Source of the DNA: Camelus dromedarius
Lineage: Eukaryota
Direction: 5' to 3'
DNA: 64,000 nt
NCBI RefSeq assembly: GCF_036321535.1
Contig: NC_087459.1
Coordinates: forward strand, 27,342,001-27,406,000
A model generated the notes under the pieces. The model was not told the DNA's origin and did not search any database. It saw only the letters and a list, made by a program, of their open reading frames with translations. Of this stretch, positions 12,595-25,607 are shown piece after piece (the first letter of the stretch is position 1; every line of letters begins with the position of its first letter). The position numbers and the translations under genes were made by a program.

Positions 12595-12695
12595 TCCAGA
12601 GTCAAGTTGCCCAAAGTAACACAGGCAGCAGCAGGTAGAGCCCGAATTCAAACCCAGGTCCTTCTGCCCACACTGCGCTGCCTTCAGCAACACTC
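12595..12695 (-). mobile_element. MIR fragment
   Basis: aagttgcccaaagtaacacagg...gaattcaaacccaggtc. Confidence 0.7.
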
Positions 12696-14108
12696 AGCAG
12701 CCTCAACGTCGCCCACCTGCCTGCCTCACTTTCCAGCCCATGACAACTGCGCCCCAGATCTCTATTGACTCCTATTAGCTCCTGGGTGATCTCAACCAGG
12801 CCCAAGGCTCTGAACTGTTTCTGCCAGCATGGCCAACCGCCCAACTATTCCTCTCCCAGCCTCCCTAGAAGTCATCCTGCACTGTCGCCTTTGCCTCAGT
12901 GCGCCCATCCTACCCATCAGTAAAGCTTTCTTGTCCACTTCCCAAATCCCTCTGTTTCTTTCTTCATATTATGTGTAAAACAACTTTTTTAAAAGTGGAA
13001 AACACAGGAATTATGATTTTGACTGAATGTCTACTATATGCAGGTCAGGGCTGCCATCTGGGCTGTAAGACTGGGCTACACACACTCCAGGTGAGCCTTT
13101 CCCACAGGTTATAAAGGACAATCCGTGTAACTGGACCTGCTACCGGGGTGCGGGACCCGCTACCTGGTGCTGCTGGAGAGCACGGGTGAAGCCCAAGAGT
13201 TAACCCTTTACAGGGAGAGAAGGACCGTCCTCCTCCCATTTCCTTCCTTCTCCTCTGCGTGATCTCAGTACTTTGCGAAAAAAGCAAGCAGCACAGGTGC
13301 ACACGTTACCTACGCCGGGCGTACGAGCAGATCAGAAAGCTGCAGCCAGAATGAGATGAGGCTTCCAGAATACGTGTGGGCCACCCCAAAAGGGCTGGAC
13401 ACCTTATTTCACAAAAAGCAAACAGATCAAGAAGGGGGAGGTATGTTGCTTTCAGCCGTGGTGGGAGGTTGACGCTAAACTCCTATGTGGCTTGTTTTTT
13501 TTTTTCTGTCCAGAGTGATTTTTGAACTGAAAAAGGCAGAAAGCGCGTTGAAAGAGAAAAACCCTCCTTCAACAATTTAGGAGTTAGGGGAGTTAGGAAG
13601 ACTCCCCGGTGCCGAGTGAGTGCAGGCATCTGACTTGGATGAGGACATGAAAGGGATGAAGACAGCAAGTCTAGGTGGTGCACACACACTCTGGGCATCG
13701 TGGCGGGCTGGTGGGGAAACAGTGGGGCCCAAAGGCCAGACATGGGTGAAGATAACCGTGATTTACTGGCAGCGAAGAAGGTAAAATGTCACGTGTGACT
13801 CACAAGAGGTTCCTGAGAGAAAGGGCGGCATTGCTCACCAGGCGCCAACACGCATTCGCGGAAGCAAGTCACGTGAGACTGACCGCGTTTCCCTCCTTAG
13901 ACTCTAGGCCAGCGTTTCAGGAAAACCAAGTAGACATGGTGTGTGTCTGAATTTCCACCTTCTAGGCACTTAATATAGTCTCTTAAAACATCTCGTAGAC
14001 AAGGATGAGTGATAATGGGGCTAACAGGAGTGGAAACTACTGACTGCAGCCAAACCTGGCTCACAGCCTGTCTGTGCATGACCTATGAGCTGAGATTGGT
14101 TTTTATAT

Positions 14109-14270
14109 CATTACTTCTTTTAAAATTTGTTTTTTGCTTTTTCTGGGGGGAGGGGAGTGGGGAGGTAATTAGGTTTATTTATTTATTTTTAGAGGAGGTA
14201 CTAGGGATTGAACCCAGGACCTTGTGCATGCTAAGCAGGCACTCTACCACTTGAGCTAAACCTTCCCCAC
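14109..14270 (-). mobile_element. Camelid tRNA-Ala-derived SINE (Vic-1-like), full length with tail
   Basis: Sense ggggaaggtttagctcaagtggtagagtgcctgcttagcatgcacaaggtcctgggttcaatccctagtacctcc...aaataaacctaattacctcccc. 12-bp TSD TGGTTTTTATAT at 14097-14108 and 14271-14282. Confidence 0.9.
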
Positions 14271-15169
14271 TGGTTTTTATATTTTTAAAGGGAAGAGGAC
14301 TTGGATGAGCAGGAGGGGAAGGAAGAAGGGGAGAAGGAGGAGGGAGAAGCAACAGCAGCAGCAGCAGCTGGCCACAAAGCCAAAAATATTCACCATCTGG
14401 ACTTTTGCAGAAAAAATTTGGTGTCCCCTGGGCTAGACAGGGAGGTCCCTGAGGGTAGAGGTCCACTCTTACAGGTCTGGTTATTGGCTGTCATCATCTA
14501 GGGGGTGAGGCGCGCTGGTGCCCGAGGCCTGGTTCTGCTCCCTGTGTCTACCAGTGAGGGGATAAAGACGCACAGTGACCGATCTAATTCATGCTGAGAG
14601 TAACAGCCAGTGCATCCGGATGATATGGGTAGAGTACGACCGTGGGGAAAAACCAACAGGACGGAAGATTCCTGGCCCAGAATCCAAGTGCCTGTGGCCG
14701 AACTGCAGACTAACTGAAAAGGGCTGAGCTTACGCCCAGTGGTTCCCCATAAGTTCATGGACAGTATGATGTGGCCACCATAATAAAATAAAGTTTAAGA
14801 AGCTAATTTCATTTTAAGCCACATCAACAGAATGATAAGATCTAGAACAACAGCCAATCCTTGGTTTTACAGCTGTCAACCACACTTGGAGTACCGATTC
14901 ATCCTACCACGTGCCAGAGAGTCTGCTGGGCACCAAATAACAACGCGTTCGGCTCTGGGCACCCCATTCTACGACGAATGTGGATCAAGCGGGTGTGTGC
15001 AAAGGAAACCAGCTAGGACGGTGAGCCCCAGGAGGTGAGATGAGAGAACAGAAATCAGGGAAAGTGGCAGTGGGGAGGCACGATGGGGAAGAGAGGGCGC
15101 AGGTGTCTTCAAATGTGTTAGTTCCCAACGCCTGTGAAATAGATGGTCGCTGGGTCCAACAGGGACCCT

Positions 15170-15655
15170 GAGTGAGGATGAAGAGCAGCCAGGTTCTGTC
15201 TTCATCACCTCCCCAAACTGGACACAACCCCAATGTCCTTCCACCTGGGGACAGGTCCACAAACGGCAGCACAGTCACACCACAGAAAGCGACTCAATCA
15301 AAGGAATAAACTTCTGGTTCACGACAACAGTAGGTGAATCCTGAAAGTATTACGTCAATTGAAAGAAGCCAGACTCAAAGGGCCACACACTCCATGAATC
15401 CATTTATAGGACATCCTGGAGAAGTTGGAACTACAGGAATAGAAAACAAGATCAGTCATTGCCAAGGGCTGGGGGTGTAGAAGGGGCAACTACAAAGGGG
15501 CACGAAGGAATTTTGGGGGGTGATAGAACTGTTTCAAATCTTGACTGCGAAGAGGTTACCCGACTGCATGTGACTGTCAAAACTCAGGGAACGGTGCCCT
15601 AACAACGGTGAACTTTACTGTATAGAAATTATAGCTCAATATACCTGGCTTTAGA
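15170..15655 (+). mobile_element. Old L1 (L1MC/MD-like) 3' end
   Basis: gaaagaagccagactcaaaggg...ttttggggggtgatagaactg...actttactgtatagaaattatagctcaat. Confidence 0.8.
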
Positions 15656-18604
15656 TATAAAGAAGTCAGGTTTCATGAGAAGTGGACAAGGGGACTTGGG
15701 AAAGCGGGCACTAATACGTTCAGTCACCGGAGAAGTGTTTACACTGGAGGAGTGTCGCACAGCCCTTCTACTCGTTTTCTCTGCCACTCTGCCAGGAGAG
15801 ACCCCCATCTCTGTATCCCCCAAGGTCCCCAGAAATTTCTTACAGGCTCTGAATCAGACCATCCAGCACAAGGGCGACCGATGGCAGAAAGAGGGACCCC
15901 CGTCATGTCCTCCTGACCCGGAGAAGAAGCCAGTGAGCTCCATCTTCCCGCCTTCATTTATCGTGATGACTGAAGAGTCCTCATCAGCCAGGTCATCCTG
16001 CACATCCTCAGGCAAAGATCGCCATGGCTTTCAGAAGGCCCCAAAATGTAGGGCACAAGGGTTAGATACTGACACACCACGTCTCAGGGAAAAGGAGATG
16101 CTGGCCCATTTCCCTCTCCCCCGCCTGCCAGCAGCTGTGGCTTCAGAAAGGCATCCCCTGCCTCCCTACCCCCACCCAGTTCTGTTTCTCTTGTCACAGA
16201 GGAAGCCTTGGTTCTGCTTTCCAAGTGCCCTGAATTGCAACGCCACATTCACAGGGGCTGCCCCGAGAACTCAGGAGAGTCCCCCTTTGGGCAAGGACTC
16301 TGCCTAAAGAATGATGCCCTGGGCAGGCTTGTCAGACACATCCCTGTCACTCAGGAAGCTCCGAGCCAGGCTTCAGCGGCCTTTCGCAACACTTGCCTTC
16401 CAGATGGACAGCTGGTCTGCAAGAGTCGAAACCCTGAGCTGTGTCTCTCCCCAAACCACCGGTGTTGCTCAACTTCCTCTGCCCCCATCACTCTCCACCT
16501 CACAGATTTCTAACAGGGAGGTTAGTTTTGTCTCTTCTCTTTCAGCAACATAAAGCAACTTTGCCCTGATTCTCTTAAGACACAAGGGGGAGGAGGTGCC
16601 TGAGCACAGGATGCCCCCTCCCCGCCTCCGTGCCTCTCCCAGATCTCTGCTCCTAACAGTGTCTCCATCTGCCGAATGAATGAGCCAGGAGGAACTTGCC
16701 ACACGGAGACAATGCCAGGGCCTGCTGCTTCCCCTACTCCCCAAATCTCTGGTTTTTGTTCTATTTCTACAGCACACACCCCCATCTCACCCCCATATTA
16801 CTATCTAAGTGGCCCTTGACCTCTACCCTCCACCACAACGCACCCAAGTAAAGCAGCAAGAGTAACTTTCCTCGTGGGTTCTCCCAGCTGAGAAAGCCAG
16901 AGGGGTCCCTGATCTCATGAAATCCGAACCCTCCCATGTGATTTCAGCGACACCCCCTCATGCCTCCTTCTTCAGCTTCTTCTTCTTCTTCAGATAGTGG
17001 GGGGTCGCCACACAGCTGTGACCTGATTTTCCCAAAAGGCAATTGATTAAGAAATCGAATCCCATTTTACACAAGGGGACAACCATGTGAAAATATCTTA
17101 CTTGACTCCTGTAATGAATTAGGTCACATTCAACCGTCCCAATTCACCTGTTTGGCTCCTTCAAATGTGTGAAGACCAGGTGCGCTTGGATACTAGTGAC
17201 AATAGCATTTCTCCATTATTGTCCAGCCCTTCACAAAGCTTTCATCTGCAGTCCTACTGATGCCAAGAAACCCTGGCAAGGGAGGCTGGGCACACTTTGT
17301 AGATAAACAAGTGGGCTCGGAGAGGTCAAGTCACACCAGTCAGGCACACCAGTCGGGCACATGGTCTACATTCTACAACGTAGATGGTTACACCTGAACT
17401 CTTAGCCAAAGCCAACTTCTTTACTAAACCCCTGCTCTGAGTTCAACACAATTGTTAAGATCTTTGGTCTGTTGAGAATCAGAGAGAGTTTTCAAAAAAC
17501 TTAGAGTAGGTACCTGAAGGAAGACCTTCCGTAAGGTCTAAACAAGTCAACTTGTACTACTGTCACGGAAGTGGGTTCTGGTCTTAGTTGCTTGCACACC
17601 TCCCACCAAACCCCCGTAACACACAGTTGTATCTTCTCTTGGGAGGAACCCACTCTAGTCTTGAAGGTAAAGATTGGGTGCTGGGCCAGTGAAGTCCAAG
17701 GTAACTGCAGGCAGACACCGTTCAGAGCACCAGGACTGAACTCCATCAGGCAGCTGTCACAGGTGTGCACTCTCATCTGAGATACTGGCAGGTGGGTGAC
17801 AGACTGAGAGGGGTTATTCCCGAGCCCTGACCTCCAGCCCCCAGACAAATCAGCCAGTCCTGTGACAGTCTACGGCCAAATTCACACCAGGCACCTTGTG
17901 CAAAGCCCCAGAAGATGCCCCTCCAGCCTCATCAGCTCTGCAGAGTATAAGCTTAGATGTGCGAGGGGCAAACGGCAGATGGTGTTTTTTGGTCAGTGCT
18001 TCACCAACTTGGCTGTACCTGGACATCACCTAAGAACTGACCCCTGGACCCCCAGGACGCATTCATGCGTCCTTAACAGATTCCTTTCCTCCACCCAGAC
18101 TGGATTCATCTGGTCTGAGATGGAGCTGCTGTTCATTGCACTCTACATCCGGTCATGTTACAGAACATTCCATGTCAGGGTCTAAGAGAGGGAAAAAAAA
18201 TTCAGCTAACGGAAAAGCAGGAATGAGGAAAGGGAAAAAGGAGGGCAAAGAAAAAGGGAATAATAAAGACAGAGGAAAAATGGAAAATGAGATTTCCTCA
18301 GCTCAAACAGGCATACTTTATTTAAGTAAATATAATCTGGAGGGGGAGAAAATATGAATTGACGGTGAGGACAAATTAGGAGAGTAATCATTTTACAAAA
18401 GAATTTGACATCAGATTCCTTTAAATAGCAATCTCTGCTAGTGCATTTAAAATAGGATTCCTTTTACAGAAGTGTGATTTATACAAAACTACATCTGTTA
18501 CATAAAGCTCAGAAAAATAGCTCTCCTCCCACAAAGTCTGGCTAACTATAGAACTGGCCCAGGATAGATGGTCACCTACTTTCCTCCAAGTGGTACCCAG
18601 CCCC

Positions 18605-19435
18605 CAACATCACTAATTGTTAGAGAAATGTAAATCAAAAAACCACAATGAGATATCACCTCACACCAGTCAGAATGGCCATAATTAAAAAGTCTACAAA
18701 CGATAAATGCTAGAGAGGGTGTGGAGAAAAAGGAACCCTCCTACACTGCTGGTAGGAAAGTAAATTCATGCAGCCACGATGGAGGACAGTATAGAGGTTC
18801 CTTAGAAAACTAAAAATAGACTTACCATATGATCCAGCAATCCCACTCCTGGGCATATATCCAGAGAAAAATATAACTCAAAAAGNNNNNNNNNNNNNNN
18901 NNNNNNNNNNNNNNNNNNNNNNNNNNNNNNNNNNNNNNNNNNNNNNNNNNNNNNNNNNNNNNNNNNNNNNNNNNNNNNNNNNNNNNNNNNNNNNNNNNNN
19001 NNNNNNNNNNNNNNNNNNNNNNNNNNNNNNNNNNNNNNNNNNNNNNNNNNNNNNNNNNNNNNNNNNNNNNNNNNNNNNNNNNNNNNNNNNNNNNNNNNNN
19101 NNNNNNNNNNNNNNNNNNNNNNNNNNNNNNNNNNNNNNNNNNNNNNNNNNNNNNNNNNNNNNNNNNNNNNNTTATCTACAAAACAGAAACAGACTCACAG
19201 ACATAGAGAACAAACTTATGGTTACCAGTGGGTAAAGGGAGTGGGAAGGGATAAATTGGGAATTCAAAAATTGCACCTCTTGGGGAGGGATGGGAATGTT
19301 TGCTATCTTGATTGTGGTGGTGGTTTCATGGGTGTATACATCTATCAAAACTCATCAACTTGTACATCTGAAATATGTGTAGTTTATTGTCAGGAACCAT
19401 ACCACAAAAAAGATGTTAAAAAAATTTTTTTAAAG
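18605..19435 (+). mobile_element. Young camelid-type L1 fragment (ORF2 end and 3'UTR; N gap 18886-19171) joined to an old L1MC-like 3' end
   Basis: gatatcacctcacaccagtcagaatggcc...cagactcacagacatagagaacaaac...gggataaattggg, then tatcttgattgtggtggtggtttcatgggtgtatacatc. Confidence 0.85.
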
Positions 19436-19564
19436 ATACCCAGCCCTGCTCTCTGTCACCTATTGCTCTATCTCACCTGAACTGACTCTCAAGGTTCACT
19501 GGAATATCTTCTGGTCTTTACTAAACTCAGGGAACAACTACTCTGAATTCTCTTCATAGTCGCT

Positions 19565-20820
19565 CATTTATTCAACACATGTTTTCTGGGCACTACTCTA
19601 GGGATACAGCCGTGAACCAAAATCGATGTCTCTGGTCCTGTGGATCTTATATTAGAGTGGGAGATAGAGAGTAAGTAAGTAAAATATAGGGTATGTGAGA
19701 CGGTGATATATGGAAAACAAGGGTGACAACGGGGCTGGTGTTGTAACCTTACGCAGGGTCACCAGGGAAGGCTGTACTAGAAGGTGACAGAGGGGCGCGT
19801 TTGAAAGTGATGAGGAAGCAAACCTGGCAGACACCTGGGGGGACAGTTTCCCGCAGAGCCCACCTGGCAGGTCAAGGAACAGCTAGCGGTTAAGAGTAGC
19901 TGGTGCTGAGAGGTCAGAGGTGGGAGAGGCCACACAAGGGGCCACTGCAAGGACCCGCCTTTGTTCTGAGACACAGGAGGCACTAGGAGGTTTTGAGCAA
20001 AAGAGTGACATGATCTGACTTCCTTTTTTGGAGGATCCCACTGGCTGCCGTGCTGAGAAGAGGCTGCAGGGACAGGTGTGGAGGCAGGGAGGACCATTAA
20101 GGCGCTGCTACATTAATTCAGGCCTGAGATGACAGTGGCTGAGACCTGGCTGGTAGCTGTGGAGGCACTGAGATGCAGTGGAATTCAGATACATTTTGAA
20201 GGTAGAGCCGACAGGATTTGCTGATGTTTGGATGTGGGGTCTGAGGAAGGAAGGAGTCAAGGAGGGCACCATGATGATTTGCCAGAGTAACAAGAGGGAG
20301 ACACTCATGGGAGGACAGGTTTGGGGTGGGCAGATCGGAGCTTGTTTTTGGACACATTAAATAAGAGATGCCCATCGGATATCCTGGTGGAGCTGTAAAT
20401 GAGCCCAAGCCTGGAATTCAGAAGAGGCTCAAGCTAGATGTACCAGTTTGATAGACATCAGCACGTACATTGATGGGATTTAAAAATGGAGAAGGCCACC
20501 AAGGAGTGAGTGTGGATGAGAAGTCTGAGGGCAGCCTGAGTATACCCCATGTTCAAAAAAGAGACACAAGAGGGAATGGGCAACGGAAACAGAACAGAAA
20601 CAGCCTGTGAGGTAGGAGGAAAACCAGGAGAGGATGTGGCATCCTCACAAAGAAATGTACTTGAACTTCAGTGGTGTTGGCCGCTCCTGAGAGATCAAAC
20701 AGGATGAGAGCTGAAAACTGACCACTGGATCGAACATCATGGTGACTTTTATGAGGGCTTTTTGGTAGCATGAAGATGGGAGAGCCCGATGGGGGATTTA
20801 GGAGGAAAGGGTGGACAGGT
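19565..20820 (-). mobile_element. L2a LINE
   Basis: tcatttattcaacacatg...gggatacagccgtgaac...gagcaaaagagtgacatgatctga...gatacattttgaaggtagagccgacaggatttgctgatg. Confidence 0.85.
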
Positions 20821-23239
20821 GCTGACAAGGGGGCAGAGAAGAAGAAGATGGGGTCTAGGCCACCTTGTTTGTTACAACGTGTTCATGTACACATCAGGAG
20901 AGAGAAGGGACAGAATCAAGGGCTGGGGAAGGGGTCCAGAGCACAACAGGAGGTGGCCACCCTCCTAGAGTAACAGGCCAGGCCAGGGCAGGGGCGTAGG
21001 CAGATGTGCTGGAGAGCTTGTGTGTGCTTCCTCAGGACTGTGTCTCCTTCCATGGTGAATGAGGAAGCAGGGTCACGGAATCTGCGTGAAGGCGGGGGAG
21101 GAAAGGCAGGAAGGACCATCGAGGAAAGTGGAGGGGGACGCACAGGCCTGTGGGCCACCTGTGGAGGAGAGAAATTCAGCCGGCCCTCTGCTTCCCCTTC
21201 TCCAGGCCAATTCTCCCCTATTGCTTCCCTGTTCCTCCTTCTCACCACCATTCCAGCTTTAGAATAGTTCGGACCTCGGTGGAATCAATGCTCGGACATA
21301 TTTGGTCACTTTGGAGTCCTTCTTCTTTTGCAGTGAGGCCTTTCAGGAAAGAGTGCCTGCTTTGGGAAGATGGGCACCAGGGACTTGGCAGTCAGCACTT
21401 TTGTGCTGGGGGGATGGGGTGGGGACAGGAGTCTGAGGGAAGCAGAGGAAATACAAGGGCAAAACATCCAGGCTCCCTCCTCTCTTCTCTCCCCTTCCTT
21501 CCTTCTCTCTCACCACCCCTCCCTCCCTGGGGAGCTAAAGCACAGACCAAGGAGTCACTTACCTTGCTGTGGCCCAGGCTCTCACTCTCTCTTTCAATTA
21601 ACCTCCCCTGGCCTGTAACAGAGCCCAGATTCATCTGCACGCCTTACTGCGTGGACTCCTCAAAGTAACACTTGTTCTGCTAACTCCACGGACTAGATGG
21701 GGGAACAGAGACTTAAGAATGGTTAAGTGACTTGTCCAGCAAGTTGGGATGCTTGACTAGCTAGACGACCTGGCTGCTAAGTAGCAGAACCAGGATCTGA
21801 ACCAAGATCTCACTCCAAGTTCAGGCCCATGCATCCCAGCTCCATAGTCCCAGGCTTGGGAAGGATCATTCAGACTCATTTCCACCGAGAGAACACGCAG
21901 GTCAATGTCAAGCCCAAGGTTCTAGGAAATGACGTCTTTATTAGCGTACAACTGAAGCACGGGCCTCACTGATCTCAGGTCAGAGCCAAACAGAGGAGAG
22001 TGGAGTGGGCAGGGCAGGACTGAGTTACCCTTGTCCCAGCTGGCAGGCAGGAGCCCTGATGGATATTTCTAGCCCCAGGCCCAAGGAGTCATAACAAGCT
22101 GGGGTGGATTTGCTAAGCAGCTTTCTAAAGTGGAGAAAGGGGTGGTTGCTAATTTTGGAGGTGGATTTCATCATTGCCTGCAGAGCTGTGATGTGACTTC
22201 CTCAGAGAGCAGAGCAGCCAGGAACTCTCACTTCTGTTTCTCGAGGGGTGAAGGAGAGCCCTTCCTTGGGGGGAGAGCCACAAAGTTCAGGAGAAGGGGA
22301 AGGGTGTGGAGGAAGACCCAAAGGGCCCCAGGCAGGGTGAATCCCCACCAGGCACCCAGGCCTGAAATCCTGCTGATTTCTGGGCTGCCAGCATCGGGTG
22401 GTCATAACAACACCACATCTCTCTTTCTGAAGCAGAGCTCCAACCATGTCAGGTCCAGGGGCTCACTGCTGCACCCCAAACCTTGGCTTCAAGCCACCCC
22501 TACAACCTAGGTTAACCTAACCTCCCCAAACCATCTCTGTTTATTTAAGTCCTGCCATTAATTAGTCAGCCATGAGTTTATTCATTCAGTAAACTCCCCC
22601 ACCAAATATTGAACCCTATGTGTATACTGTATACTAAGTTAACTCAGATGAGTAAAGACATAAGTCCTGGCTTCAAAGAGAGTGACCTCAGTGGGGAGGA
22701 AGATGGCGGCATTGTGTACACAGCCAGTGAGAAGAGAGGCTGGCGAGTGCAGGGCGGCCTGGGGGTGAGCACCCAACCAGGCTGAACGATCAGGTATGGT
22801 GGCCCTTCCCTGGACCCGATGAGCCGGCCTGGAGAAGGGGTCTGCAGGGTCATTCAGTTGAGAGGCCAGCACCAGGCACAGAATTGGGGCCCAGTGCCCA
22901 ATGGCAGTGTGACTGGAGTGGGAGAAAGCAAAAAGGAGGCCAGGACCAGAGAGCCCGGTTCATAGTTACAGGGCAGCGGAAAAGAGTACCATCTAAGAAA
23001 CCTTTCCCATAGGCACCACTCAGCTCAAAACACAACAAAGAAAAGTTCTCAAAAGCCCAAATCTTAAAGCCCAAGTTATTCAAGTGTAAAGCAGTCACTA
23101 GATAGACACTCTTTCTTAGACGTGTGTGCAAGGATCTCACCTCAGCGGTGAAAATGGACCCCGCCAAATGTCTCTTAGCCGGGGAGTGATCATGATGAAA
23201 CCATACGTTGATACACCGGCTCTACTCACCTGGAAATAT

Positions 23240-23450
23240 GAATTGCTAACAGCTGCTAAATGCTTGTCATGTGCCAGACATTGGACTGAGCCTTTTACAT
23301 GCATGCTAACACCTCAGCCCTCACCACACCCTCACATGGAGGGCCCTGTGATGATCCCCACTACACAAGGGGGGAAACCCTGGCTCAGGGAGCCTCGGTA
23401 ACCTGTCCAGGTGAGTCAGTGCTGGATACAGAACTTGAATCCCAGGACCC
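23240..23450 (-). mobile_element. MIR SINE
   Basis: atgcttgtcatgtgccagaca...gaaaccctggctcagggag...taacctgtccagg. Confidence 0.7.
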
Positions 23451-23880
23451 CGTGCCCGTGACTACTCCGATATACTGCTTCTAGATCCAAGGTGTAGTGA
23501 AAGCTAAAATACCAGTTTAGAAAACTGTATTATGGCTCCACTTTGTTTAAATATGTGTATATTTGTCTATGTGCCTATGCCTACATTTGGTTGCATCAAT
23601 GAAAATTTGGCCATTTTTGACTTACAAAAATGGCACTCTCATGTGGTTCAACCTAGCACACGTGTGTGCGTGTGTGCATGCGTACGTTCAGGCACGTGTG
23701 AATAAAAACACCTGTAAGGATCTACACCAAATTGTCAACAGCAGTTCTGGATGATGGAAGTATGCCTGATCTTTGTTTTTTTTTTCACACTTTTTCATAT
23801 TTTCCAAAAAACAGCGTAAGTTAAATGTATTCCTGTGGATTACCTGTTTCCCCACCACAGGTGCCGATGGCTAAAGCTAT

Positions 23881-24074
23881 GAGATATTAAAATATACTGA
23901 TCTGTATAGCACAGGGAATTATATTCAATGTCTTGTAGTAACCTATATTGAAAAAGAATATGAAAACAGATATATGTATGTACATGTATGATTGAGGCGT
24001 TATGCTATACACCAGAAATTGACACAACATTGTAAACTGACTATACCTCAAATAAAATAAAATAATAAAATAAA
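23881..24074 (+). mobile_element. 5'-truncated camelid L1 3' end with A-rich tail
   Basis: tatagcacagggaattatattcaatgtcttg...aattgacacaacattgtaaactgactatacctcaaataaaataaaa. Confidence 0.9.
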
Positions 24075-24659
24075 CCGAAAGGGCAGGAGCCCCCACTCTC
24101 CTAAACTACACCGTCCAAGGCCAGTGCACTCTTGGCGTCTCCCCTCAGGAGCTGTGAAGTCAAAGCCTGGGAAAAGAGCTGTCACAGGAAGAACCCAGCG
24201 TTTGCTGACTCAGGGGACAATGCTGACATATGCACAGGACAAAAAGGACGACAGCCAGGGCACTGGTTGACACTCCCCCGGGGAAAATAGCTGTCCGGCA
24301 CCAAAACTGCTGACGCGGGTCTTTGAGCTAGCAGGGCTAAGGAGGCAGTGATTTGGTAAGGCTGCTTTCCAAAGAATCCAACCTGGGAGAAATCCAGCAA
24401 AAGAAAGCGATTTTAGGTCCCTGAAAATGAGACTGAACTCGTGCTCCAAAGAGAGGTCATGATAGAAACTGAACGAAATGCTCATTTCAAAAGAACTCCC
24501 CCTACCCATGGTTTGCAGCTCCCCGACGCTGTGCTTATCCCAGCACCAGTGAGGACCATCTCCGGGCACTGGGACCAGAAGGTGTAAGGCTGTTGGCCAG
24601 AATAGCACATTCAAGTCTGGCTGTTAAGTGGAGAGCTCCTCACTTACTGGACGCTTCTT

Positions 24660-25310
24660 GATTATTTCTAACTTGGGCCCTCACACCCTGCACCCACTCA
24701 CCTCGCCTCTCCATCCTCTGGCCCTGGTCCTGACAAAACCACCTGACATCCTTTCGCCCACACACAGCGCCATTTCCCCAACTGAAATGTCCTCTCTTCT
24801 TATCGCTCCATCACCTGTTCCATCGGCACCACCTGGGCGTCCTATGCTTCCACCAGTGAAATTCCCGCTCCCCGAACTCAACACACAGCTTAAACACCAC
24901 CTTTTCCAGAAAGCACTGAGGTATGAAGATTTGGACCCCATGTCCTGGGAACTCTGCTAGTCCCACGGACATAGGGACTGCACCTAATCTTCTGGTATAG
25001 AGCACAGGTAGCTCCCAAACACATCACGCATTCCGCGGTCTTGTGACCTCGTGCTTTTGCTTGGGTGAATTTCTTTGCCTGGAATGCCTTATTTTCCTTA
25101 CCCTCTGGGCAAATGCCTTCTTCTCCTTCTCCAGTTTGCTCAGTGAGCCCCTCCCTCCAACGCCAGGCAGTTAATCCCACCCTCTCCCACACTAGCACAT
25201 CCCTCAAATGTACACTGTGTGTTTTATCACATGTACTCATTACTTATAACATGTCTGATCACTCTCCTAGACTGAGCTCACCCGGCAGAAGGGTCATCCT
25301 GGAAAGAAGG
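24660..25310 (+). mobile_element. L2 fragments
   Basis: tttgcctggaatgcc...ctcctagactgagctc; pyrimidine-rich L2 3' region. Confidence 0.55.
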
Positions 25311-25607
25311 ATTGTTCTACTCCTTCACCTAAGGTTTCAAGATTTTATTTGTTGCCTTAAGGAAGGATCAAAACTACTAATAATTATAGTCATGGCTTAT
25401 GAAGCCCTTCCCATGTGCAAAGAACTGTAAACAGGCCATCTCAAACCCTCACAAGTCCGCAGGCACCAATCCATCTGAGACAGTCAGCTGATGTACAGTG
25501 AGGTCAACTAATGTGTCCATGGTCCTAGAGTGGTAAGTGGTGGCATCTGGATGTAGCCTCTGGCCAAGGTGACTCCAAAGCCCTCAGTCAGTGTTTAAGG
25601 CAGTCTT

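Noticed and set aside
14109-14270. Possible tRNA-Ala genes (also 25608, 35913, 56341)
   Set aside because: Degenerate stems, SINE tails and TSDs show they are tRNA-derived SINEs.
15675-16307. 210-aa plus-strand ORF (also 42321-42956, 211 aa, and 34840-35433, 197 aa)
   Set aside because: No domain similarity or clear exon structure; the last lies within L2.
23224-23233. Consensus minus-strand donors CAG|GTGAGT at 23230 and 39073
   Set aside because: They sit at or in MIR remnants and I saw no convincing acceptor or phase-compatible ORF upstream; such motifs are expected by chance.
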